Assembly: GCA_964533215.1 (NCBI GenBank)
Contig: CAZHLJ010000004.1
Span: forward strand, 191,587 to 255,586
DNA: 64,000 bases
Source of the DNA: an uncultured Muribaculaceae bacterium
GTDB lineage: Bacteria > Bacteroidota > Bacteroidia > Bacteroidales > UBA932
Direction: 5' to 3'
A program made the position numbers and the translations under genes. This document shows positions 1 through 8,604 of this stretch, one piece after another; position 1 is the stretch's first letter; the number at the start of each line of letters is the position of its first letter. The notes beneath the pieces were generated by a model. The model ran no database searches, was not told where the DNA came from, and saw only the letters and a program-made list of their open reading frames with translations.

Positions 1-90
1 CTCATCTTGAGATGTCTCTTCCAGGAACTTATTACACGATGTCAAAAGTGTAATTGATAATAATATTATTAATGATTTTATCTTATACAT
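1..90 (-). CDS. susD: SusD/RagB family lipoprotein, 5' end (partial, runs off window)
   Basis: Read by hand: ATG at 90-88 gives MYKIKSLIILLSITLLTSCNKFLEETSQDE; lipobox LTSC followed by a xFLxx motif typical of SusD; starts 12 bp after the SusC stop. Confidence 0.8.
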   Translation of the reverse strand, partial: MYKIKSLIILLSITLLTSCNKFLEETSQDE

Positions 91-102
91 ATTCTGAGTG
101 TT

Positions 103-3100
103 TTAGAAAGTAATGTCAATGCTGAGAGTGTATGAAGGAAGTGGTGGTGCAGATTGCCCTCCCAAAGTGACCTGATCCGGATCCTGACCTTTCAGTTTCT
201 TTGATGCAAGACAGAAAAGGTTATTTCCTTCCAATCGGATACTGGCACCATTAAGACCTATATTCTCACATAACTTCTGTGACAATTGGTACCGCAGCGA
301 AGCTGTACGCAACCTTACGTTGTCAGAAGAGACTACACGTATATCACTTTTGTTATACATTTGCCACATATTATTGGCTATCTCAATTTTACGATTAGAG
401 CCAAATCCTGACATTGGTAAATTTTCACTCGAAAGAGTAGGGATATTGGTTCTTGACTCATCTCCAGGTTTTCTCCATCTACTTACAAACTCATCGGACA
501 TGTTTTGCTGCGGCTGAGGGAGTCTCTGTCCACTATCGCTGTACAAATCGTTCAGCCTCATTTTTGCCCCTAAACTATAAGTAAAAAACAGGTTAAGAGA
601 GAAGTTGCTATACTTCAACATTGTTCCAAAACCTCCTTGAATATCAGGGATTCTATTACCTGAAACCGCAAAGACCTTTTTATACATACTCTCCTTTGTG
701 TCTCCATCCTTCTCTTCCGTATCTTTGAAGGTAGGCAGACCATTTGCATCCAGTCCGGCAAACTTGTAAGAGTAGAAGGTGTTGATCGGCACGCCTTCCA
801 GCACTGCTGTTCCATTAAGATATTCAAGGTATCCGTAATTTGAATTGATTCCGGATCTTAAGACATTATTTGTATTTTTAGCTCCATTAAAAGAGAGCGA
901 CCAAGTCCAGTCCTTTGTCCTGACAGGAACGAAATTAAAGATAACTTCAAATCCCTTGTTTGCAATATCTCCTGCATTTAAGGACATACTTGGCATGCCT
1001 GTTGTCGGAGATACAGATTTGGAAATAATCTGATCTTCTCCTTTCTTGTAATAGTATTCTACTGTTCCTGATATCCTGTTGTTCAATAATGAAAAATCTG
1101 CTGCAATATTGTAGGCTGTAGTTTTTTCCCATTTCAACAATGGATTAGGCAGTTTTGAAAGATAATACATATACTCTTGAGAAAGTGGGTCAAGAGGGCC
1201 TCCTTGCAATATAAGACTTGGTGTCTGGTCATCTGACACATTTCCCTGGACACCCATGGACCCCTTGATTGCAAGTTCGTTAATCCAATCTATGTTTTTA
1301 AGATATGATTCATTATGAAGATTCCATCTTCCTGAGAGTGACCATATAGGCAAAAACCTTGCACTCTTGTCTTGTCCGAACTTGTTTGAACCATCTGCTC
1401 TTACGTTAAAATTGAAGATATACTTATGCATATAGTCATAAGTGGCAATACCATAAAATGACACAAAATTCGACAATCTGTTTACAACAACATTTGGATT
1501 TGCCAAAATAAGAGCATTGTACCTTGGCCAGAATGCAGGATCTATGGCAATGAATTTTTCTCCTCTTTCAGGCATGTACCCAAACTGACTTGTCCTTATA
1601 CCCTCGTATTTGCTCGATCGCAATTCTGTTCCAATCGCCCCGGATATTTCGTGATCTTTTGAGATTGTAGTACTGTAGTCAGCCTGTGCCCTGACAGTGT
1701 ATCCGAAGTTTCTTGTATTGTTGTTCTCCAATCCTCCTCCATATGGTAATTGACATTGGTCCTTTACAAAGGGGCTGGTTGGGTCTAGGCTGGGAAACTT
1801 TGCCCCATAATTGAGGTTTCTAAGGTTGGCAGCATAGTAGCTCCTTTCGCTGAACCACTCTTTTTCCTGAGTATCGGCATTATTTATTCCTGCAGTACCA
1901 GTGAATCTAAGTTTGGGAGTTACTTTCCACTCAATATTGGACAAGAAATTCAATGAGTTGTTGTTGATTGTATTTCCGGTATTTTCAATTTCATTAAGCA
2001 CATTATATATAAGTTGCTGTTGATTTCCCTGTCTTACATTGTAGAACGCCCTCTCACCTGAAAGGTCATACAGTGCAATTGCGCGGGATGTGTTGTATGC
2101 ATATTGGTATGGAGAAATTGACCCATGCAGATATTCCTTGTCTGTCAAAGAGCCCCTCAACTGCAAATTCGCAGTTAATTTCTTTGACAAATTGAATATC
2201 AGCTTCATATTGGCATTGTACTGCTCTACTCCGGAACCTTTGACTGTGTTCTTGTCGCTTGCATAAGCACCGGAGAAGTAATAGTTAACCTTGTCGGTAG
2301 CACCAGAAACAGATATATTGTGTTTATTTGAAAAAGCGGTTCTATAAAGAGCATCGAACCAATCTGTGTTCTGTTCCTCCATTCTTTTTACGCGGAGCAA
2401 AAATTCATCTTCGGAAATTTTCCTGTCATAAAGATCATACAGAGCCCCTTCATAACCCACAGCTGCTGGAGCGAAGCTATAAATGAGACCTCTTTTTTCA
2501 ATCTCTTTTGAAACATCTATTCGTTCAAAAGAATTCATTCTGTGTAGGTTTTTGTAATCCGGTCTCTCTGTTAGGGTAAGGGAGGTAGAATAACTTAAAC
2601 GAGGCGCTCCTATTTTTCCTTTCTTTGTTGTAACGACTATTACACCGTTAGCAGCCCTTACACCATAAATTGCGGTAGAAGAGGCATCTTTCAAAATATC
2701 CACACTCTCTATATCCATCGGATTCAATCCGGAAATTGCATTTCCAATGAGATTGACATTATCAAGGCTATTAATCTCATCCGTAGAAAGGGGAACCGGA
2801 TCTTCAAGAATAATTCCATCCACAACCCACAATGGCTCCCTATTGCCGGATATAGTGGAAACTCCACGTATACGTATCTTTGTTGAAGCACCTGGAGTTG
2901 AAGTATTGTTCAAAACTGTCATTCCGGGGATTTTTCCCAAAAGCATATTGTCTAGTGTCAATGCCCCGGCCTGTTTGATATTTTCTCCGCTTACCGAGAA
3001 AATTGAGGAGGTAGATACCCGCTTGTCTATTTTCTGATAGCCTGTGCTTAGAACTACAACTTCCGACATCTGCTTGGCATCTGTCTTCAAAATTATATTT

Positions 3101-3687
3101 ACAATATCCCTCAATACTCTCTCTTCATGGCTCTTCATGCCTATATATGAAATCAATAGTATTTGCTGGATGCCGCCAGGGATGGTTATAGTAAAGTTTC
3201 CATCAGCATCCGTGGTAACTGCATTCTTCAGCCCCTTTATTGAAACAGAGGCTCCAACCAATGGTTCCCCGTTTTCGTCAGTCACAGATCCTTTTATAGT
3301 TTTGGGTTTCTGGTCACTAAGATCTTTTTTCTTTAAATAGACAACATTGTCCTTCACCTCGTAATATAAAGAGGTCCCTTTAAGGGCAATATCCAGAACT
3401 TGATCTACTGTAGCATTTTTTACATCAATAACAAGATTGCTGACCGGCTCAATGTCTTTGTTTCCATAAACAAATTGAATGTCAGCTTTTTTCTTGATTT
3501 CCCAAAGTAGTTGCTCAAGAGTTATAGATTTTTTGCTCAAAGTAATCTTTCCCTGAGGCTTGTTATCCGCAGCTATCAGGTTTGTACAAAATAACTGAGA
3601 CATTATGATGACCTGTATGACTAGCAATAAGTTGCACCTGGCCAAAAACTGTGTGACAAAACTAAGTGAGGATCCTGTTTTTTTCAT
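103..3687 (-). CDS. susC: SusC/RagA TonB-dependent outer membrane transporter with N-terminal STN signalling domain
   Basis: STN-like N-terminus, carboxypeptidase-regulatory-like domain, plug motif LKDASSTAIYGVRAANGVIVVTTKKG, NPLLKWEKT motif, C-terminal Phe. Confidence 0.95.
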   Translation of the reverse strand: MKKTGSSLSFVTQFLARCNLLLVIQVIIMSQLFCTNLIAADNKPQGKITLSKKSITLEQLLWEIKKKADIQFVYGNKDIEPVSNLVIDVKNATVDQVLDIALKGTSLYYEVKDNVVYLKKKDLSDQKPKTIKGSVTDENGEPLVGASVSIKGLKNAVTTDADGNFTITIPGGIQQILLISYIGMKSHEERVLRDIVNIILKTDAKQMSEVVVLSTGYQKIDKRVSTSSIFSVSGENIKQAGALTLDNMLLGKIPGMTVLNNTSTPGASTKIRIRGVSTISGNREPLWVVDGIILEDPVPLSTDEINSLDNVNLIGNAISGLNPMDIESVDILKDASSTAIYGVRAANGVIVVTTKKGKIGAPRLSYSTSLTLTERPDYKNLHRMNSFERIDVSKEIEKRGLIYSFAPAAVGYEGALYDLYDRKISEDEFLLRVKRMEEQNTDWFDALYRTAFSNKHNISVSGATDKVNYYFSGAYASDKNTVKGSGVEQYNANMKLIFNLSKKLTANLQLRGSLTDKEYLHGSISPYQYAYNTSRAIALYDLSGERAFYNVRQGNQQQLIYNVLNEIENTGNTINNNSLNFLSNIEWKVTPKLRFTGTAGINNADTQEKEWFSERSYYAANLRNLNYGAKFPSLDPTSPFVKDQCQLPYGGGLENNNTRNFGYTVRAQADYSTTISKDHEISGAIGTELRSSKYEGIRTSQFGYMPERGEKFIAIDPAFWPRYNALILANPNVVVNRLSNFVSFYGIATYDYMHKYIFNFNVRADGSNKFGQDKSARFLPIWSLSGRWNLHNESYLKNIDWINELAIKGSMGVQGNVSDDQTPSLILQGGPLDPLSQEYMYYLSKLPNPLLKWEKTTAYNIAADFSLLNNRISGTVEYYYKKGEDQIISKSVSPTTGMPSMSLNAGDIANKGFEVIFNFVPVRTKDWTWSLSFNGAKNTNNVLRSGINSNYGYLEYLNGTAVLEGVPINTFYSYKFAGLDANGLPTFKDTEEKDGDTKESMYKKVFAVSGNRIPDIQGGFGTMLKYSNFSLNLFFTYSLGAKMRLNDLYSDSGQRLPQPQQNMSDEFVSRWRKPGDESRTNIPTLSSENLPMSGFGSNRKIEIANNMWQMYNKSDIRVVSSDNVRLRTASLRYQLSQKLCENIGLNGASIRLEGNNLFCLASKKLKGQDPDQVTLGGQSAPPLPSYTLSIDITF

Positions 3688-3714
3688 ATTTATTAGTTTA
3701 AATTAAGTTCATTG

Positions 3715-4893
3715 TCATCTCTTCCTTTCAATGATCATTGTACGGCCATTCTGTCTTATGGTGAACAAATCAGCATTGTTCAATGTCTCTATTATACCGG
3801 AGAAGTTTGTATCACGTAACAGATTTATTCCCATTCTTATCTCCTCGCATTCCTTGTCTTTGAAAATAAAATCAAAGTCATACCACCGTTGTAATGATTT
3901 TATAATGTTTAAAAGTTTTTCATTCCTGAAAGCGAAAGAACCATCAGTCCATAAAGAGAGCGTCTGGGCATCTACACTCTTGACAGCAATTTCACTGCTT
4001 CCCTTTTTACAAATAGCCTGCTGATCCGGAGAAATTATTACAGAGCAATCTTCGTTTATAACTTTTAAAGACCCTGATACAAGTGTAGTATAGACCTCAT
4101 CGTTGTCGTCATATGCGTTAAGGTTGAAACTCGTTCCCAGGACTTCAATCGATACATCTTTTGTCTTAACAATAAATGGTCTGCTCTCATCTCTACGCAC
4201 ATCAAAATAAATTTCACCCGATGCCTCGATTATTCTGTTTTTTCTCGAAAATCTTACAGGAAACCTTAAAGTGCTGCCTGAGTTGAGATGTGCAATTGTG
4301 CCATCCGGAAGTGCAATCTTATAGTCTTTTCCAAAATCCGTTTTAATGGTATTCAATCTATTATCTTTTGCAGACAAGCTGTTATTTCCATTTGTATAAT
4401 AGATTATATCCTCGTTTTTGTCAATTTGGATATTACAGTTGTTCTCAACAAATGACGAATCTGATGAGAGATCAATAACCTTACCATCTGCCAGAACCAG
4501 ACTTGCTCCATTAGCTCTTAAAGGAATTTCACGATTCTCGTAAAAAAACGATGTGTTGTTCACAATATAGTAAGAGGAGAGACCGACTGTGACAGCCAAC
4601 AGAGCAATTGCAGCATATTTATAGAACTGCCTGAAATCTACACGCCGATGGACATAAGGGACTAATTTGTATTCAATTTTAGCCCAAGCTTCAGACGAAT
4701 CATACTTATCTATCCTTTTATAATATCCTGTACGATATTCGTTGTCAGTCAATTTATCCAACAACAACTTATTGTCGACATCTTCATCAAGCCATTTTTC
4801 AACAGCCCTTTCATCCTTTAGCTTGTTGCTGTTAAGGATTACAGAGGCTATTCTGGCCGAAATTTTAAAAAGTTTTTTATTTTTCATAGACAT
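3715..4893 (-). CDS. FecR family anti-sigma factor
   Basis: N-terminal domain, one TM helix, LPDGTIAHLNSGSTLRFP, GEIYFDV and VLGTSFN motifs; directly upstream of an STN-SusC. Confidence 0.92.
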   Translation of the reverse strand: MSMKNKKLFKISARIASVILNSNKLKDERAVEKWLDEDVDNKLLLDKLTDNEYRTGYYKRIDKYDSSEAWAKIEYKLVPYVHRRVDFRQFYKYAAIALLAVTVGLSSYYIVNNTSFFYENREIPLRANGASLVLADGKVIDLSSDSSFVENNCNIQIDKNEDIIYYTNGNNSLSAKDNRLNTIKTDFGKDYKIALPDGTIAHLNSGSTLRFPVRFSRKNRIIEASGEIYFDVRRDESRPFIVKTKDVSIEVLGTSFNLNAYDDNDEVYTTLVSGSLKVINEDCSVIISPDQQAICKKGSSEIAVKSVDAQTLSLWTDGSFAFRNEKLLNIIKSLQRWYDFDFIFKDKECEEIRMGINLLRDTNFSGIIETLNNADLFTIRQNGRTMIIERKR

Positions 4894-5019
4894 CTGGTAT
4901 TAAAACAATCCTATTTTAAATTATGGGTACTCGGGTTTTTAGAAAATTTAATCCAGCTGAAAAGTAGGTCTGTTTTCAGTCAAGTTGTGGGTTTGCCACA
5001 TTTGCTTTCCAACTTGATT

Positions 5020-5053
5020 AAAAAAAATCCTCAGCCCTTTTCAGAGCTGAGGA
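5020..5053 (-). terminator. Intrinsic terminator after trpB2
   Basis: Minus strand TCCTCAGCTCT-GAAA-AGGGCTGAGGA followed by a T run. Confidence 0.8.
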
Positions 5054-5076
5054 GGGTGCAACAAAGGTAATGTTTG

Positions 5077-6363
5077 CTACAAATATTTGTCGTATGCAGC
5101 CAAGTCCAGTAATCCATGACCCGACAGGTTGAATAGCAGAACGTCCTGACGTCCTGACTCTCGTGCCTTAAGAGCCTCTCTTATTGTTGCAGCAATTGCA
5201 TGTGTAGATTCCGGAGCCGGAATGATTCCCTCTGAACGGGCAAATAGGATACCGGCCTCGAAGGTCTCTTTCTGTTCAAAAGCATAGCTATTGATAAAGC
5301 CATCCATCTTGAGTTGGCTGACAATACTTCCACCTCCATGGTAGCGAAGGCCGCCGGCATGAATCTTATCCGGCTGAAAATCGTGACCAAGTGTGTACAT
5401 TGGAATAAGAGGTGTCATACCGGCTGTGTCTCCATAGTCGTACTCCATCACCCCCTTGGTAAGTTTAGGACAAGCGGAAGGCTCTGCTGCTATAAACTCA
5501 GTCTTGCGCTCCCCTGCCAAAGTGTGGCGCAAGAAAGGAAAGGAGATGCCGGAGAAGTTTGATCCACCTCCAAAGCAAGCAATCACCTTGTCCGGATAGT
5601 CCCCAGTCATAGCCATCTGCTTTTCTGCCTCAAGTCCAATTATAGTCTGATGCAGAAGGACATGATTAAGGACACTGCCCAATGTATATCTCGTATTTGG
5701 CTGCGTTACGGCTCTTTCCACCGCTTCCGAGATTGCCATTCCTAACGATCCTCCACAAGTCGGGTCCTCTGCCAGCACCTTACGCCCGTACTCGGTTACA
5801 TTGGATGGAGAAGCATATATTTTACCTCCATATGTATTAATGACAACTTTTCTGTAAGGCTTTTCCTCATAACTGTGCTTAACCATAAACACATCCAGAT
5901 CCAATCCAAAAAGCTTGCAGGCAAGACTCATTGCAGAACCCCATTGTCCAGCACCAGTCTCGGTTGTGATTCTGGTAATTCCCTGAAGCCGATTATAATA
6001 CGCCTGCGGAATTGCAGAATTCAGTTTATGTGAACCCACCGGGCTAGTACTTTCATTTTTAAAATATATTCTTGCCGGCGTATCCAGCATTTTCTCCAGA
6101 CCGGTAGCCCTTACAAGCGGAGTCGGGCGATAAGACTTGTAAAGATCCAAAACCTCGTCCGGAATGTCATGCCATCGTTTTTCCGAAAGTTCCTGCTCAA
6201 CCAGTGCCTTTGCAAACAGCATTTCCATCTCTTCCGGCAATACTGGCTTTCTGGTTTGAGGATTCAACATCGGTTGTGGTTTTGTAGGCATGTCTGCTAC
6301 AATGTTATACCACTGCTTTGGCATTTCGCTCTCTGGGAGCAAGATTTTCTTTGTTGTCTTCAT
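5077..6363 (-). CDS. trpB2: TrpB-like PLP enzyme (tryptophan synthase beta chain type 2, TrpB2)
   Basis: GSHKLN PLP lysine, TETGAGQWG, GGGSN, HAGGLRYHG, NLSGHG motifs; no trpA nearby. Confidence 0.93.
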   Translation of the reverse strand: MKTTKKILLPESEMPKQWYNIVADMPTKPQPMLNPQTRKPVLPEEMEMLFAKALVEQELSEKRWHDIPDEVLDLYKSYRPTPLVRATGLEKMLDTPARIYFKNESTSPVGSHKLNSAIPQAYYNRLQGITRITTETGAGQWGSAMSLACKLFGLDLDVFMVKHSYEEKPYRKVVINTYGGKIYASPSNVTEYGRKVLAEDPTCGGSLGMAISEAVERAVTQPNTRYTLGSVLNHVLLHQTIIGLEAEKQMAMTGDYPDKVIACFGGGSNFSGISFPFLRHTLAGERKTEFIAAEPSACPKLTKGVMEYDYGDTAGMTPLIPMYTLGHDFQPDKIHAGGLRYHGGGSIVSQLKMDGFINSYAFEQKETFEAGILFARSEGIIPAPESTHAIAATIREALKARESGRQDVLLFNLSGHGLLDLAAYDKYL

Positions 6364-6402
6364 CTTCTGACAAGCGTTGTTAATTATTTGAATTAGTTGA
6401 AA

Positions 6403-6434
6403 TAAAAAAGGCCCGATGCGTGAGCATCGGACCT
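6403..6434 (-). terminator. Attenuator terminator upstream of trpB2
   Basis: Minus strand AGGTCCGATGC-TCAC-GCATCGGGCCT followed by TTTTT, about 40 nt before the trpB2 start. Confidence 0.88.
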
Positions 6435-6468
6435 CGTATATTAAAAAAATATAATAAATATCTCTCTT

Positions 6469-6546
6469 CTATACACAAACAGTAGTGCTCACAAATCTAT
6501 AAGATCTGTGCCACCACCACATTTGAGTTAAAGAGCCATTAATCAT
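6469..6546 (-). CDS. Trp leader peptide (TrpL-like) MINGSLTQMWWWHRSYRFVSTTVCV
   Basis: Hand-translated 25-aa ORF with three tandem TGG codons (6519-6511), lying between a promoter box and a terminator upstream of trpB2. Confidence 0.88.
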   Translation of the reverse strand: MINGSLTQMWWWHRSYRFVSTTVCV

Positions 6547-6584
6547 TATTATATTTTATTATCTCTATGTTTTGTTTCAGGGTG

Positions 6585-6592
6585 CAAATGTA
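6585..6592 (-). promoter_or_regulatory. Bacteroidota primary-sigma -7 box for the trp leader/trpB2
   Basis: TACATTTG matches TAnnTTTG, about 40 nt upstream of the leader ATG. Confidence 0.7.
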
Positions 6593-6689
6593 TAAAATTA
6601 TTTTATCAACGAAAAAATTATTGATGATGCAGTCTTTTACCCCAAAAAAGCATCTATTATAAAACAGAATAATTTAAATCCAGAAAAAG

Positions 6690-7502
6690 ATGAAATCCAA
6701 CAGTTTTAAAATTACAATTTGTGCACTTGCCTCAATATTCCTTCTCTCTTCCTGCCTTGGAGATCAGAGTGAATCGATTGAAAGCGGTAAAGATCTTGCC
6801 TATATCACTACATTCAACAATACTAAATGCGCCGCTACCAATTGCGGATACATCACATCTACAGAGATTCAGGCTATGGCATTGGGTGAGTGTTACCTGG
6901 TTGGTTATTCAATCTCCACACCGGCAGTTAATGGGATATATACCCCAGACAGGGTTATCAACGTTTCTGTAACACCTCTTCCACAATCTCCTTTAAGAGA
7001 AGGTACTCCGCTAAGTGAGCAAGAGAATAATTTTGCAGTGGACAATCTTACTATTCCATTCTTTTACCCCACAAGGTATATGGGAGACAGGTGGATTTTC
7101 AAATATGCCGCAACTCTAAATTCAAATGAAAAACTTATCCCACGTTATTATTATGATGCAAATAATCAAGTTGATAAAAATGGTGATAATATAAAGAACA
7201 AGAACATGGTTGTGATTGATGTCTACTTCGAAAAGGTTATAACAACCAACCAGCCAACCTCCGGCATGAATGAATATCTTACTATAGCAAATCTCGAGAG
7301 TCTGAGAAATTTATATATGCCTGACTTCTCACAAGGAACATCAACATCAACCGGCAAAAATGTTGATGTGCAGATACTATTCAGATACCATATGAACAAA
7401 GGGGCCGGCGTGCCTTCTGAGATATCCTACGTTGGTAACTGGGAAACATACAGTCGGGTATATATGACATTCGGAATAAGTTATAATAGAACAGACATTT
7501 AG
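6690..7502 (+). CDS. Lipoprotein, possibly NigD-like
   Basis: Lipobox LSSC; beta-rich sequence; upstream of an ECF sigma/beta-barrel anti-sigma pair, the context known for NigD-like lipoproteins. Confidence 0.6.
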   Translation: MKSNSFKITICALASIFLLSSCLGDQSESIESGKDLAYITTFNNTKCAATNCGYITSTEIQAMALGECYLVGYSISTPAVNGIYTPDRVINVSVTPLPQSPLREGTPLSEQENNFAVDNLTIPFFYPTRYMGDRWIFKYAATLNSNEKLIPRYYYDANNQVDKNGDNIKNKNMVVIDVYFEKVITTNQPTSGMNEYLTIANLESLRNLYMPDFSQGTSTSTGKNVDVQILFRYHMNKGAGVPSEISYVGNWETYSRVYMTFGISYNRTDI

Positions 7503-7529
7503 ACAATTGCTCTGATTTTTCAATTTATT

Positions 7530-7988
7530 ATGAAACCTGATTCTATTACAAAACCGACAACACGATATTCATCTGCAAGACTGGTTTTATTATTCGCGAT
7601 TTTAGGAATTTCAATAATGCCACTCTCAACAAGTTGTAAAAAAGAGAATTCTAACAATACTGGTTATACCAAATTGGCTGGTACAACATGGTTACATGAA
7701 ACAGATGATGTATTTCAGATTCTACAGTTTATTGACCAATCAACAGTTACCATTCAAAGCGGAAGAAAAGACGGCACATATTCTATGAATTTGACCACCT
7801 ACTCATGGCATTATGCATCAGATATTGATGACAGATGGGGTCTTTTTCATATGTATTATAAAACTTTTGATAATGAACAAGGTAAACTCATCTATTCAGG
7901 AACAGTGGAGAAAGGTCTAGTTTTACTGAAAAATAGTAGCGATAACACACAAGAAGATTTACGGTTCACGCAGATAAAGAAAAAATAG
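7530..7988 (+). CDS. Hypothetical lipoprotein
   Basis: Hydrophobic signal ending STSC-KKE; LAGTTW motif resembling lipocalin-like Bacteroidota lipoproteins. Confidence 0.65.
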   Translation: MKPDSITKPTTRYSSARLVLLFAILGISIMPLSTSCKKENSNNTGYTKLAGTTWLHETDDVFQILQFIDQSTVTIQSGRKDGTYSMNLTTYSWHYASDIDDRWGLFHMYYKTFDNEQGKLIYSGTVEKGLVLLKNSSDNTQEDLRFTQIKKK

Positions 7989-8049
7989 ACTACCATAAAA
8001 ATTCGGACAAAATTCGTAAATTCGGAAAAAACAAAAGAAGGGACGGTTA

Positions 8050-8604
8050 ATGAATGATCTGGAATTAATCGCCGGATGTAAAAGGAGAGATCGAAAGGCT
8101 CAACGGGAATTATATACGGCATACGCACCTGGAATGATGAGTGTCTGCCGTAGGTATGTGAACGATCCTGCGACTGCGCAGGATCTTTTGCAGGATGGAT
8201 TTGTAAAGGTTTTTACAAAAATAGATACATATTCAGGAGAAGGATCATTTGCCGGTTGGATAAGAAGGATATTTGTCACCACTTCACTGGAATATCTGCG
8301 TAACAATGGTTTTTTGAAATCAAGTGTACCTATAGAAGAGTCCGGCCCGGTCGAAGATGATGTCAATATTTCAATAATGAGCCAACTGACCGCCAAAGAG
8401 CTCTTGGCCTGCATTGCAAGTTTGCCTGCAGGTTACAGGACTGTTTTTAACCTTTATGCAATTGAAGGATATTCTCATAATGAAATTGCCGGAATGCTTA
8501 ATATAAAGGAGAGCTCTTCTCAGTCGCAGCTGGTAAGAGCGCGCAGAATCCTGCAAAAAAACGTACAATTAATAATTGGACAAGATTATGCGAGACAAAG
8601 ATAA
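8050..8604 (+). CDS. ECF RNA polymerase sigma-70 factor
   Basis: Region 2 (AQDLLQDGFVKVF, SFAGWIRRI) and region 4 (LPAGYRTVFNLYAIEGYSHNEIA, SQLVRAR). Confidence 0.95.
   Translation: MNDLELIAGCKRRDRKAQRELYTAYAPGMMSVCRRYVNDPATAQDLLQDGFVKVFTKIDTYSGEGSFAGWIRRIFVTTSLEYLRNNGFLKSSVPIEESGPVEDDVNISIMSQLTAKELLACIASLPAGYRTVFNLYAIEGYSHNEIAGMLNIKESSSQSQLVRARRILQKNVQLIIGQDYARQR

Noticed and set aside
4957..5017. Short inverted repeats upstream of fecR as an invertible promoter
   Set aside because: Arms are only 7-8 bp, no promoter box lies between them and no recombinase is nearby
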